Origin: Candidatus Methylomirabilis oxygeniifera | Lineage (GTDB): Bacteria; Methylomirabilota; Methylomirabilia; Methylomirabilales; Methylomirabilaceae | Direction of reading: 5' to 3' | Assembly: GCA_000091165.1 (NCBI GenBank) | Contig: FP565575.1 | Location: 1,710,001 to 1,742,000 of the forward strand | Length of the DNA: 32,000 nucleotides | Part shown: in pieces, positions 1-9,101 of the stretch | Position numbering within the stretch: position 1 is the stretch's first letter | How the letters are laid out: each line of letters opens with the position of its first letter | The notes under the pieces: generated by a model | Databases searched by the model: none | What the model was told of the DNA's origin: nothing | What the model saw: only the letters and a program-made list of their open reading frames with translations | Made by a program: the position numbers and the translations under genes

Positions 1-1
1 T

Positions 2-388
2 TTCCTTGCGGTCACCCATCGACGTACCCTGCTCTTCCTCATGGACCCTGCTATGGCCGCGGCGGTGGGAATGAACGTCACTCGCTGGGCAGCGCTCATC
101 TCAACCTTACTCGGGCTAGCCGTGGGGTTGTCCATCAGATCTTCCGGGATGTTGTATACGTTTGGATGCCTGGTACTGCCCGCCCTTATCGCAAAGAATC
201 TCTGCCGCGAGGTTCGCCCCATGTTCATTGTCGCCCCGCTCGTTGCCCTCATGACCGGCGCGATAGCGTTCGTGCTCGCAAACCATTATGATTATCCGCC
301 GGCGCCGATGACGGTTGCGCTGCTGAGCCTGCTGCTAACGATCGCGTGGCTATTCCGGCGGCTGCGTCAGGTGAACGGGATATTCTGA
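2..388 (+). CDS. C-terminal part of an ABC-3 family metal (Zn/Mn) ABC transporter permease; gene starts upstream of the window
   Basis: Open frame continues to the window start (FLAVTHRRTLLFLMDPAMAAAVGM...); hydrophobic helices; DPxMAAAxGM motif typical of ZnuB/TroC-like permeases. Confidence 0.7.
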   Translation, partial: FLAVTHRRTLLFLMDPAMAAAVGMNVTRWAALISTLLGLAVGLSIRSSGMLYTFGCLVLPALIAKNLCREVRPMFIVAPLVALMTGAIAFVLANHYDYPPAPMTVALLSLLLTIAWLFRRLRQVNGIF

Positions 389-464
389 CCGACTCACAGG
401 CTCAAGCACCGCCGGATCGACGCGTTGCGCAAGAAGCTGAAGGCTGGGAGATCATAGAGAGGGA

Positions 465-1109
465 ATGGAGACGAAGAAACCCTTCGATGTCTTGAAACCC
501 CTTCTGTACGTGGGATGGTTGGCGGCGCTGCTGGGTCTCACGATGGAAGCCATTCTCGTCGCGCTCGCGGCCGGCTTTGGGACGCTGAAAGGCGCGAATC
601 CGGTTCTGGCCGATCTCGTCCAGAAGGTGTCCTGGTCAACCATCGTGTGCGTGGGCCTAGCCGTCGGCGCCACGGCAAAGAAGGCGCGGGGGCCGGTGAT
701 GGGACTTGCGGGCCTGTTCGCTGCGCCCCTCGCGTTTATGGTTGCGCGCTCGCTGCACGACGGCGCGAAGGAGGCGCTCTCGGTCGCGGCGGACGCCGGC
801 CCCGGCCCATCACTCATTCTGATCGCCATCCTCAAGGGATTCCAGTATGGCAGCTTTGGTCTGATGCTCGACTGGGTCGCGAAAAAGCCGTGGGGAGGAT
901 TGTCGGCGCACCTCGCGACGGGGCTCGCCGTGGGCGTCGTGTTCGGCGGTGCGATGGTGGCCTTCTTCGTCCAGGCCGCGCCCCAGACGCCGCCGATGTC
1001 CTCGCTTGTCTCCCGCGCCGCTAACGAGTGTCTTTTTCCCGTCGGCTGCGCGTTCGTGGTCTATGTCTCGAAGGTCCTGAAGAAGCTGAGCGGGCGACCG
1101 GAAGAGTGA
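465..1109 (+). CDS. Hypothetical multi-pass membrane protein
   Basis: 214-aa ORF with several hydrophobic segments; GAGAGGGA ribosome-binding-like sequence upstream. Confidence 0.65.
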   Translation: METKKPFDVLKPLLYVGWLAALLGLTMEAILVALAAGFGTLKGANPVLADLVQKVSWSTIVCVGLAVGATAKKARGPVMGLAGLFAAPLAFMVARSLHDGAKEALSVAADAGPGPSLILIAILKGFQYGSFGLMLDWVAKKPWGGLSAHLATGLAVGVVFGGAMVAFFVQAAPQTPPMSSLVSRAANECLFPVGCAFVVYVSKVLKKLSGRPEE

Positions 1110-1279
1110 GTATAGATTAATCCGCTTAGCCAAAAAATCGTTGTTCGCGCACGGCGAACTATCGATTACAATAATAGTAAAGTACCATATCCGGATATAC
1201 GAGGGTTGGGCTGATTGATACGAGGAGCGCAAGGCTCGATTCTGACAACTCCATCAACGCAGCTTTAAAGGAGGTCACC

Positions 1280-1888
1280 ATGGTCAAGATCGGATCAAAA
1301 GCGCCGGATTTCACTGCCAATACCACCAAGGGCCCCATTACCCTGTCCCAGTTCCGCGGGAAGTGGGTCTTACTCTTTGCTCACCCGGCCGACTTTACAC
1401 CGGTCTGTACGACGGAGTTCATCGAATTCGCCAGGCGGCACAAGGAATTCAAGGACCTCGGATGCGAGATCGTCGGCCTGAGCGTGGATAGTATCTACTC
1501 GCACATCGAGTGGCTCCGCCATATGGAGGAGTCGGCCAAAGTCAAAATTGATTTCCCGGTGATCGCCGACCCCGAGAAAGAGGTCGCTAACCTTTACGAT
1601 CTGATCAACCCTGAACTCAAGCTCACCGTCCGCGGTGTCTTCTTCATCGATCCTGAGGGGATCGTCCGTTTCGCTATGTACTACCCGATCCCATTCGGGC
1701 GCAACATCGACGAGATCTTGCGGAGCCTACAGGCATTACAAACCGTGGACAAGTATGGGGTCGCCTGCCCGGTCAACTGGCAGCCGGGCCAGGATGTCAT
1801 CGTGCCTCCGCCGCAGACGATCGACGAGGCCGACAAGCGCGCCAAGGCCGGCGCCGACCGCTGGTACATCATGCGGAAAAAGATCTAG
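1280..1888 (+). CDS. Peroxiredoxin, Prx6/1-Cys-like (AhpC/TSA family)
   Basis: HPADFTPVCTTEF peroxidatic motif, long C-terminal domain with YGVACPVNWQPGQDVIVPP; AAAGGAGG RBS upstream. Confidence 0.9.
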   Translation: MVKIGSKAPDFTANTTKGPITLSQFRGKWVLLFAHPADFTPVCTTEFIEFARRHKEFKDLGCEIVGLSVDSIYSHIEWLRHMEESAKVKIDFPVIADPEKEVANLYDLINPELKLTVRGVFFIDPEGIVRFAMYYPIPFGRNIDEILRSLQALQTVDKYGVACPVNWQPGQDVIVPPPQTIDEADKRAKAGADRWYIMRKKI

Positions 1889-1928
1889 CGTAAGCCTCCA
1901 ATCCTGGAACGTGGTCGAGGACAGGCCG

Positions 1929-2171
1929 ATGCGGCGTATTGTGGTCCGTGCGCTTACGTGTAGTGCGGATATCATTACCTTCTTAAAGGGCACCCTCCGA
2001 ATCCATGCCGAGGAGCTTCAGCCGGGCGAGCCGGTAGAATTTGCGTTTGACGCCAGCCGATTCCCGTTTGCGATTGCGATCTTCGAATCGTTGCTGGCCG
2101 GCGTCGGCATGAAACTCCTCTCAACTCGAGAGGAGGACGGGATGAGGCTCTTCAAGGTTGAGAAGCTGTAG
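1929..2171 (+). CDS. Hypothetical protein (80 aa)
   Basis: MRRIVVRALTCSADIITFLKGTLRIHAEELQPGEPVEFAFDAS...; the likely start is internal to the longer 1635..2171 frame, which overlaps the peroxiredoxin. Confidence 0.5.
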   Translation: MRRIVVRALTCSADIITFLKGTLRIHAEELQPGEPVEFAFDASRFPFAIAIFESLLAGVGMKLLSTREEDGMRLFKVEKL

Positions 2172-2195
2172 CGAGCAGATAGAGAAAGGAGATCA

Positions 2196-2678
2196 GTGAC
2201 CAAGCTGCTGGGTAACTGGCAGATAGAAACAAAGCTGTGGTATATCGCGCTCCTGCGCATCTTTTTCGGTTATTACTTTCTGCGAGACGGCCTCGGGAAG
2301 TTGTCCGGTGGCTTTACCGGCGCCGGCGCACTGGAAAAGTGGCTCACCGCGAAGACCGCCGACGCATTTGGCTGGTATAAACCGTTCCTGACCGACACCG
2401 TGATTCCCCATCATCAGCTCTTCGCCGCACTCGTCACCTGGGGGATGATCCTGGCCGGTCTGGCGCTTCTGTCTGGGCTCTTGACGCGTCCGGCTGCGCT
2501 GGCAGGAATCTTCCTGACGCTTAATTTCTATCTGGCCAAGGGGGGCGGGTCGCCGGCCACCACCTCGGACCAGGCGTTTATGGCCGGTCTGCTGGTGGTC
2601 TTCCTCACGCGCGCCGGTCGCTCCTTTGGATTCGATCGCTGGTTAGCTCGGCGCTATCCACGCTCCCCGCTCTGGTAG
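2196..2678 (+). CDS. DoxX/DoxD-like membrane protein
   Basis: LLRIFFGYYFLRDGLGKLSGGF and four hydrophobic helices, characteristic of the DoxX family. Confidence 0.7.
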   Translation: MTKLLGNWQIETKLWYIALLRIFFGYYFLRDGLGKLSGGFTGAGALEKWLTAKTADAFGWYKPFLTDTVIPHHQLFAALVTWGMILAGLALLSGLLTRPAALAGIFLTLNFYLAKGGGSPATTSDQAFMAGLLVVFLTRAGRSFGFDRWLARRYPRSPLW

Positions 2679-2770
2679 GTCAACGAAGGGAATCCTTCAG
2701 CCGACCGGCCTCACGTGAGGAAGGCGGCTGGCGCTGACAACAATACCATTAGCTTGAGGAGGAAGGGCAC

Positions 2771-3544
2771 ATGAGGCGCACGGCTCTCGTTACAGGGGCT
2801 GCACTCCTGTTCGTCACCATCACCTACGGCCTGACGATCACCCAGGAGCAGGACGCTGCTGCAGCGCCTCCGGCTCAAGACGACGTGGAAATGGTGGCCG
2901 TCCCGGCAGGCGAATTCATTATCGGCTCCGATGATCCAGAGGCCGACGATAATGAGAAACCGGCCACGAAGGTCTTTGTGGGGCCCTTCTCGATCGACAA
3001 GTTCGAGGTGACAAATGCTCGCTACCTCCGGTGCATCGAGGCGGGGATTTGCCCTCGGCCGCCCAACCGAGGATACGATGATCCCACGAAGGCCAACTTT
3101 CCGGCGACGGTCGTGAGTTACCAGGCGGCGGTGGCATACTGCCGATGGGTCGGCAAGCGCCTGCCGACTGAGGCGGAGTGGGAAAAGGCTGCCCGCGGCA
3201 CCGATGGCCGACGTTATCCATGGGGCAATACCTTCGAGGCTGAACGGGCCAACGTCGGATACTCGGTCGGGTCCGCCACCTCTGTGGGGAGCTACCCAAA
3301 AGGGGCCTCCCCTTACGGGATGATGGACATGGCCGGCAATGTCTGGGAGTGGACGTCGTCGCTCTACAATCCCTATCCCTATGATCCCGGTGACGGACGC
3401 GAAGACCCCACCGCCAGAGGCAGCAGGGTCGAGCGCGGCGGGGGGTGGTACACTCCCGAGTGGCATGCGCGGACGACCCGGCGGACCGCCAGCGGCCACG
3501 TCTATCGCCGCTTCAGCGACCTTGGGTTCCGCTGCGCCAAGTAA
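2771..3544 (+). CDS. SUMF1/formylglycine-generating-enzyme-fold family protein, probably exported
   Basis: N-terminal hydrophobic signal; MVAVPAGEFIIGSDD, VEVTNARYLRC, RLPTEAEWEKAARG, NVWEWTSSLY, GGGW, GFRCAK motifs. Confidence 0.88.
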   Translation: MRRTALVTGAALLFVTITYGLTITQEQDAAAAPPAQDDVEMVAVPAGEFIIGSDDPEADDNEKPATKVFVGPFSIDKFEVTNARYLRCIEAGICPRPPNRGYDDPTKANFPATVVSYQAAVAYCRWVGKRLPTEAEWEKAARGTDGRRYPWGNTFEAERANVGYSVGSATSVGSYPKGASPYGMMDMAGNVWEWTSSLYNPYPYDPGDGREDPTARGSRVERGGGWYTPEWHARTTRRTASGHVYRRFSDLGFRCAK

Positions 3545-3630
3545 CGATCTCTGCTGGAGCTCGTCATGTCATCTCAGATGATTGATCAGTTGCTGGATGA
3601 CCGTGACTCAGTGACCCCTGTAGGTGCCTT

Positions 3631-4989
3631 ATGACCTATTCCCAGGCAATTACCTATCTTTACGGACTCCAGCGTTACGGCGTGAAGCTGGGTCTCGAGA
3701 ATATGAAACGGCTTCTTGGAGCCGTCGGCGATCCGCACCGTCGGTTCCCATCCGTCCTGGTCGGCGGGACCAACGGCAAAGGGTCTACCTCCGCATTGCT
3801 CTCATCGATTCTGAAGTCCGCCGGCTATCGAGTCGGGCTCTATACCTCCCCGCATCTCCTGGATTTCACGGAGCGCATCCAGGTGGACGGACAGGCCATC
3901 TCTGGAAGTGAGGTCGCAGCCCTCACCGATGAACTTCGACAGGTCATTGCCGAGCTCTTCCCAACATCCGACACCCCAAATCCCCCCGTGCCCCCCTTTT
4001 CTAAAGGGGGGGTGGGGAAATTTTGCATCTCGCACCCGACGTTTTTTGAGGTCACGACTGTCCTCGCTTTTCTCCACTTCGTTCGCAGCAAGGTAGACTA
4101 CGCGGTGGTGGAAGTAGGAATGGGGGGGCGGTTCGATGCCACCAATGTTCTCGACGCCCAGGTGGCGGTCATCACCAATATCGCCTTGGAGCACGAGGAA
4201 TATCTGGGAAAGACGCTGGGGGCAATTGCCGCAGAGAAGGCAGGGATCATCAAGGGGGCAACACGTGTCGTCACTGCCGTCGATGTCCCAGAGGCCCTGG
4301 CCGTCATTACCGACGCATGTCGAAAGCGTAGCGTGACCCTTTTCGATATCCGGAGCGCATACGACTGGCGGATTCACCGGTCAGATCTCTTCGGTCAGCG
4401 ATTCAGCATGGGTGACAAGGGGCAGCCTGCCGAAACCTTCGACATCCCCCTGCTCGGTCGACATCAGGTCGTCAATGCGATCGCTGCCATTGCAGTATCC
4501 CGACTTCTCCGGACCGCCGGCGCCGCCATCCCGGAGAGTTCGATTCGAGAAGGCTTATGTCGGACACGATGGCCTGGCCGTCTTCAGCTCTTTCCCGGTC
4601 GGCCCCTTCTGATCCTAGATGGCGCACACAATCCGGCGGGCGCCATCGCGCTACGCGCTTTCCTTGAAGAGCAACGGTTTGCCGGTCGGTTGACTCTCGT
4701 GTTCGGCGTGCTGCAGGATAAGAACTGGATCGCGATGCTGCAAGCGCTGGCGCCGCTGGCAAAACGGGTCATCCTCACGCGCCCGGAGAGCGAGCGCGCA
4801 GCGGATCCGCATCGTCTACTGGAAGCCGAACGCTTCTGTCCGAAGATCGAGATCCTTGAAGATGTAGCCGAGGCGATTGCGTTGGCCAGGACAGTGACCG
4901 ATCCGGAGGATACGGTCGTCATCACCGGTTCGCTCTTCGTCATCTCGGCGGCTCTACGCGCGCTCGGAGCACAGGGGGAGCAGACATGA
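3631..4989 (+). CDS. folC: Bifunctional folylpolyglutamate synthase/dihydrofolate synthase
   Basis: VLVGGTNGKGSTSALLSSIL, GLYTSPHLLDFTERI, FEVTT, EVGMGGRFDATNV, DGAHNPAG motifs. Confidence 0.93.
   Translation: MTYSQAITYLYGLQRYGVKLGLENMKRLLGAVGDPHRRFPSVLVGGTNGKGSTSALLSSILKSAGYRVGLYTSPHLLDFTERIQVDGQAISGSEVAALTDELRQVIAELFPTSDTPNPPVPPFSKGGVGKFCISHPTFFEVTTVLAFLHFVRSKVDYAVVEVGMGGRFDATNVLDAQVAVITNIALEHEEYLGKTLGAIAAEKAGIIKGATRVVTAVDVPEALAVITDACRKRSVTLFDIRSAYDWRIHRSDLFGQRFSMGDKGQPAETFDIPLLGRHQVVNAIAAIAVSRLLRTAGAAIPESSIREGLCRTRWPGRLQLFPGRPLLILDGAHNPAGAIALRAFLEEQRFAGRLTLVFGVLQDKNWIAMLQALAPLAKRVILTRPESERAADPHRLLEAERFCPKIEILEDVAEAIALARTVTDPEDTVVITGSLFVISAALRALGAQGEQT
3983..4027 (+). repeat. Palindromic repeat insertion inside folC (CCCCCCTTTTCTAAAGGGGGG core)
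   Basis: Near-perfect inverted repeat with core CCCCCCTTT-TCT-AAAGGGGGG; translates in frame to NPPVPPFSKGG between the helix ending AELFP and the conserved PTFFEVTT. Confidence 0.7.
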
Positions 4990-5094
4990 GACAATTTTGT
5001 TGCTATGGGAAGGTGTGGTAGCATTGCATACTCGACACTATGATCCACCATCCAGACACAGTGGAGACCGCCACCTGAAAACGGGTGCTCACAC

Positions 5095-6483
5095 ATGAAC
5101 GATCTCTGTACGGTAATCTTGGCGGCCGGCCAGGGAACCAGGATGCGCTCGAAGCTCCCGAAGGTGGTGCATCCGGTAGCCGGTCTGCCGATGATCACCT
5201 ATGTCGTCGAAGCGTGCCGCTCCCTCCAGGCGAAGCGAACCCTTGTGATCACCGGCCACCAAGCCGACAGGGTGAGAGAGGCTATGGCGGGCGAGGTCAC
5301 CGAATTCGTTCACCAACCGGAGCAACACGGGACGGCTCACGCTCTCCTGCAAGCCCATGAGGCCCTCGCCGGCTTCGACGGCGATCTCCTGGTCGTGTCA
5401 GGGGATACGCCGCTCCTCACCTCACAGACCCTCGACGGTCTGCTGCGGGCGCACCGTGAGGCTCGCGCGTTGGCTACCGTGCTTACGGCTGAGGTGGCTG
5501 AGCCAATCGGCTACGGGCGGATCATACGGTCTACGACGGGGGAACTCCTACGAATCGTTGAGGAGTTGGAGGCCACACCACAGGAGCGGAAAGTTCACGA
5601 AATCAACGCCGGGGTCTACTGCTTTGCCGCGCGAGCGCTTTTCGAGGCGCTGCAGGCGATTCGTCCCTCTGCCGTCAAGGGCGAACTCTATCTTCCTGAC
5701 GCTATCGCACTGCTGCGGGATCGGGACGGAGGCGTACAGGCGTACCGAGCGCTCGACCCAGACGAGGTGCGAGGGGTCAACACTCGCGCAGAGCTGGCTG
5801 AGATCTACCGCTTGCTCTGGCGAAAAACCGCTCTGCGGCTGCTCGCTGAAGGGGTCACCTTTCTCGACCCCGAGCGTACCTACGTCGGCCCGTTCGTCAG
5901 GATCGGTCCCGATTCGATCCTCTATCCGAACGTGACGCTCGAAGGGCAAACGGTGATCGGAGAGGCGACCACAATCTACTCAGGCTGTCGGATCCGCAAT
6001 TCGACAATCGGCAATGACACCGTTATCCTGGATGGATGCATTATCCAGGAGAGTCAGATCGGCGACGAGTGCCAGGTCGGGCCATACGCACATCTGAGAC
6101 CCCACGCTCAGCTCCGACAACGGGCCAAGGTTGGAAACTTTGTCGAGGTCAAGAAGTCGGTCGTCGGCGAAGGGTCAAAGGTCCCGCACTTGAGTTACAT
6201 CGGCGACACCACCATCGGAGAGCGTGTCAATGTCGGCGCCGGGACAATTACGTGTAACTATGACGGCTTTACCAAGCATCAGACCGTCATCGAGGACGAC
6301 GTGTTCGTAGGCAGCGATGTGATCCTCGTGGCGCCGGTCTCAGTGGGACGCGGCGCGATCATCGCCGCCGGTTCGACCATCACCGAGAATGTACCGCCTG
6401 ATGCACTGGCATTCGGTCGGGCACGGCAGGTCAACAAGAGCGGCTCTGCTGGGGCATTTCGGTCCAAACACCGAAAGGGGTAA
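5095..6483 (+). CDS. glmU: Bifunctional UDP-N-acetylglucosamine pyrophosphorylase/glucosamine-1-phosphate N-acetyltransferase
   Basis: VILAAGQGTRMRSKLPKVVHPVAG, left-handed beta-helix repeats, GDTTIGERVNVGAGTITCNYDG, VFVGSDVILVAPV. Confidence 0.97.
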   Translation: MNDLCTVILAAGQGTRMRSKLPKVVHPVAGLPMITYVVEACRSLQAKRTLVITGHQADRVREAMAGEVTEFVHQPEQHGTAHALLQAHEALAGFDGDLLVVSGDTPLLTSQTLDGLLRAHREARALATVLTAEVAEPIGYGRIIRSTTGELLRIVEELEATPQERKVHEINAGVYCFAARALFEALQAIRPSAVKGELYLPDAIALLRDRDGGVQAYRALDPDEVRGVNTRAELAEIYRLLWRKTALRLLAEGVTFLDPERTYVGPFVRIGPDSILYPNVTLEGQTVIGEATTIYSGCRIRNSTIGNDTVILDGCIIQESQIGDECQVGPYAHLRPHAQLRQRAKVGNFVEVKKSVVGEGSKVPHLSYIGDTTIGERVNVGAGTITCNYDGFTKHQTVIEDDVFVGSDVILVAPVSVGRGAIIAAGSTITENVPPDALAFGRARQVNKSGSAGAFRSKHRKG

Positions 6484-6487
6484 CGCG

Positions 6488-8323
6488 ATGTGTGGGATCG
6501 TGGGGTATGTCGGACACAAGAAGGTCGTCCCGGTCCTCCTGGAGGGACTGAAGCGGCTCGAGTACCGGGGCTACGATTCGGCCGGCCTGGCTATCCTTCA
6601 ACAGGACCGGATCGCCCTGTATCGCAGCGTGGGTAAGATCAAGGAGCTGGAAAATGCCTTGTGGGGTCGTGACCTCTCCGGAGAGATCGGTCTCGGCCAC
6701 ACGCGCTGGGCCACCCATGGCCGGCCCACTGAAAATAACGCCCATCCTCACAGCGATTGCACCGGCGATCTCGTCGTCGTCCACAACGGCATCATCGAAA
6801 ACTATCTGGCCCTGAAGGCCAAGCTTCAGCAGGAGGGACACCACTTTACGTCCGATACCGATACCGAGGTGATCGCCCATCTCATCGAGACGCAGCTTCG
6901 GGATACGACGGACCTGGAGCTGGCCGTGCGTCGGGCCCTGACCGACGTCGTCGGGACCTATGCCTTGGGCATCCTCTGGCGAGGTGATCCGCACCGGCTG
7001 GTAGCGGCCAGAAACGGCAGCCCGCTGGTGGTGGGGCTGGGTAACGGAGAGTTCCTTATCGCGTCCGACCTCCCCGCTATCCTTTCACACACCCGCGATG
7101 TCCTCTTTTTGGACGACCAGGAGATGGTCGTCCTCTCCCATGACGGCGTCAACGTCACAACCTTAGCCGGGGAACCGGTGGAAAAGAAGGTGGAGAAAAT
7201 CCTCTGGACGCCGCTCATGGCCGAAAAGAGCGGATACAAGCACTTCATGCTGAAGGAGATCTACGAGCAGCCTCGTGCGATTCGAGACACTATTCGTGGT
7301 CGTTTTTCGTTGGAGAGCGGTCAGCTTTATCTGGAAGGGCTCCAGGCGGTTGATAGCACCCTGCCTGCAATCGACCGGATCGTCTTGGTCGCGTGCGGAA
7401 CCTCCTGGCATGCCGGGCTGGTCGGTAAATTCCTCATCGAGGATCTGGCGCGCATTTCGGTCGAGGTTGACTACGGCTCCGAATTCCGTTACCGCGACCC
7501 GATTCTGGACGGGCGGACGCTGGTCGTCGCTCTCAGCCAATCCGGTGAAACGCTGGATACGCTGGTGTCGATGCGGGAAGCTCGTCGCCGTGGCTGTCAG
7601 TCCCTTGCCATCTGCAACGTGGTCGGCTCCACGCTCAGCCGCGAAAGCGACGGCGTCCTGTATACCCATGCCGGTCCGGAGATCGGCGTCGCCTCGACGA
7701 AGGCCTTCACGTCCCAATTGGTTGCGCTCTACCTGCTGGCATTGGCCCTGGGCCGAGCCAGAGGACGCCTCGACGGCGCGAGAACCCAGGAATTGCTCAG
7801 CGAACTGATCCGCTTGCCGCACCAAATGGAGCAGGTGCTCTCACTTGGGCCGACGCTGGAAGGATTGGCCGGGCACTTCCACACCGCCTCAAATTTCCTC
7901 TACCTGGGTCGCGGTATCAACTACCCCATCGCGCTGGAAGGCGCCCTGAAGCTCAAGGAGATCTCCTACATCCACGCCGAGGGGTATCCGGCTGGCGAGA
8001 TGAAACACGGACCCATTGCCCTGATTACTGAAGAGATGCCGGTGGTCGTTCTCGCGCCAAAAGATAAGACCTTCGAGAAGGTGTTAAGCAATATCGAGGA
8101 GGTGAAAACGCGCAACGGGATCGTCGTTGCCCTCTCCGACGAGACCGATGCTCGCGTCCTGGCAAAGGCCGACCATCTGATCAGTATCCCTCATACCTCC
8201 CTGCACCTGATGCCCCTGCTCCTTGTCGTCCCGCTGCAACTCCTGGCCTACCACATCGCCGTGCGAAAGGGATGTGACGTGGACCAGCCGCGCAACCTCG
8301 CCAAAAGCGTGACGGTCGAGTAG
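6488..8323 (+). CDS. glmS: Glutamine--fructose-6-phosphate aminotransferase (isomerizing)
   Basis: MCGIVGYVG N-terminal nucleophile cysteine, two SIS domains, C-terminal DVDQPRNLAKSVTVE. The start is the internal ATG at 6488, 4 nt after the glmU stop. Confidence 0.98.
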   Translation: MCGIVGYVGHKKVVPVLLEGLKRLEYRGYDSAGLAILQQDRIALYRSVGKIKELENALWGRDLSGEIGLGHTRWATHGRPTENNAHPHSDCTGDLVVVHNGIIENYLALKAKLQQEGHHFTSDTDTEVIAHLIETQLRDTTDLELAVRRALTDVVGTYALGILWRGDPHRLVAARNGSPLVVGLGNGEFLIASDLPAILSHTRDVLFLDDQEMVVLSHDGVNVTTLAGEPVEKKVEKILWTPLMAEKSGYKHFMLKEIYEQPRAIRDTIRGRFSLESGQLYLEGLQAVDSTLPAIDRIVLVACGTSWHAGLVGKFLIEDLARISVEVDYGSEFRYRDPILDGRTLVVALSQSGETLDTLVSMREARRRGCQSLAICNVVGSTLSRESDGVLYTHAGPEIGVASTKAFTSQLVALYLLALALGRARGRLDGARTQELLSELIRLPHQMEQVLSLGPTLEGLAGHFHTASNFLYLGRGINYPIALEGALKLKEISYIHAEGYPAGEMKHGPIALITEEMPVVVLAPKDKTFEKVLSNIEEVKTRNGIVVALSDETDARVLAKADHLISIPHTSLHLMPLLLVVPLQLLAYHIAVRKGCDVDQPRNLAKSVTVE

Positions 8324-8357
8324 CCGGAGACACGTGAAGCGGAAGGGCGACCGACGA

Positions 8358-9101
8358 TTACTTGCCGGTAAGCTTACGGAGTAGCCGGAGAAGCGGGTCG
8401 TAGCAGTCGTCCATCACGCGCTCCTTCAGCGGGATGATGGCGTTGTCGGTGATCCGGATCTGCTCCGGGCAGACCTCGGTGCAGCACTTGGTGATGTTGC
8501 AGTAGCCGATCCCGGCCTTCGCTCGAAGCATCTCCGTACGTGAGTGAGTATCCAGCGGGTGCATCTCCAACGCCGCAATCCGAACGAAGAAGCGTGGCCC
8601 TGCGAAGTGCGGCTTATTTTCTTCGTGGTCCCGGATGACGTGGCAGACATTCTGACAGAGGAAGCACTCGATACACTTGTGAAACTCCTGAACCCGCTCG
8701 ACATCCGCCTGCATCATCCGGTAGGTGCCGTCGGAATCCGGCGGTCGCGGCCTGAAGGCAGGGATCGTCTTGGCGACCTCATAATTGAAGGCAACGTCGG
8801 TCACCAGGTCCCGGATCATCGGGAAGGTCCGCATGGGGGCAACGGTAATCGGTTGATCGGAAGGAAACAGGCTCATCTGGGTCATGCACAGCAACCGTGG
8901 CCGACCATTGATCTCGGCGCTACACGAGCCGCACTTGCCGGCCTTGCAGTTCCACCGGACCGCCAGGTCGGGCGCCTGTGTCGCCTGCAGTCGATGGATG
9001 ACATCGAGGAGGACCATCCCCTCCTCGGCCTCAACCCGGTACTCCGTAAAATCGCCGCTCCCCGCGTCGCCCCGGAAGAGCCGCAGCGTGACGACCGGCA
9101 T
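8358..9101 (-). CDS. sdhB: Succinate dehydrogenase/fumarate reductase iron-sulfur subunit
   Basis: RWNCKAGKCGSCSAEINGRPRLLCMT [2Fe-2S] motif, CIECFLCQNVC and CCTEVCPEQI cluster motifs. Confidence 0.93.
   Translation of the reverse strand: MPVVTLRLFRGDAGSGDFTEYRVEAEEGMVLLDVIHRLQATQAPDLAVRWNCKAGKCGSCSAEINGRPRLLCMTQMSLFPSDQPITVAPMRTFPMIRDLVTDVAFNYEVAKTIPAFRPRPPDSDGTYRMMQADVERVQEFHKCIECFLCQNVCHVIRDHEENKPHFAGPRFFVRIAALEMHPLDTHSRTEMLRAKAGIGYCNITKCCTEVCPEQIRITDNAIIPLKERVMDDCYDPLLRLLRKLTGK

Noticed and set aside
2711-3499. 262-aa minus-strand ORF
   Set aside because: It is antisense to the well-supported SUMF1-family gene and has a low-complexity Pro/Arg-rich translation.
2771-3544. SUMF1/FGE-fold protein as the missing EgtB (sulfoxide synthase) for the EgtD-like gene
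   Set aside because: It lacks an N-terminal DinB-like domain, starts with a signal-like segment and is about 17 kb away; the generic FGE-fold motifs do not support an EgtB assignment.
6484-6488. Possible glmS ribozyme upstream of glmS
   Set aside because: Only 4 nt separate the glmU stop from the glmS start, so there is no leader space for a ribozyme.
7275-7825. Overlapping ORFs on both strands within glmS
   Set aside because: Both lie inside the unmistakable glmS gene and lack domain motifs.
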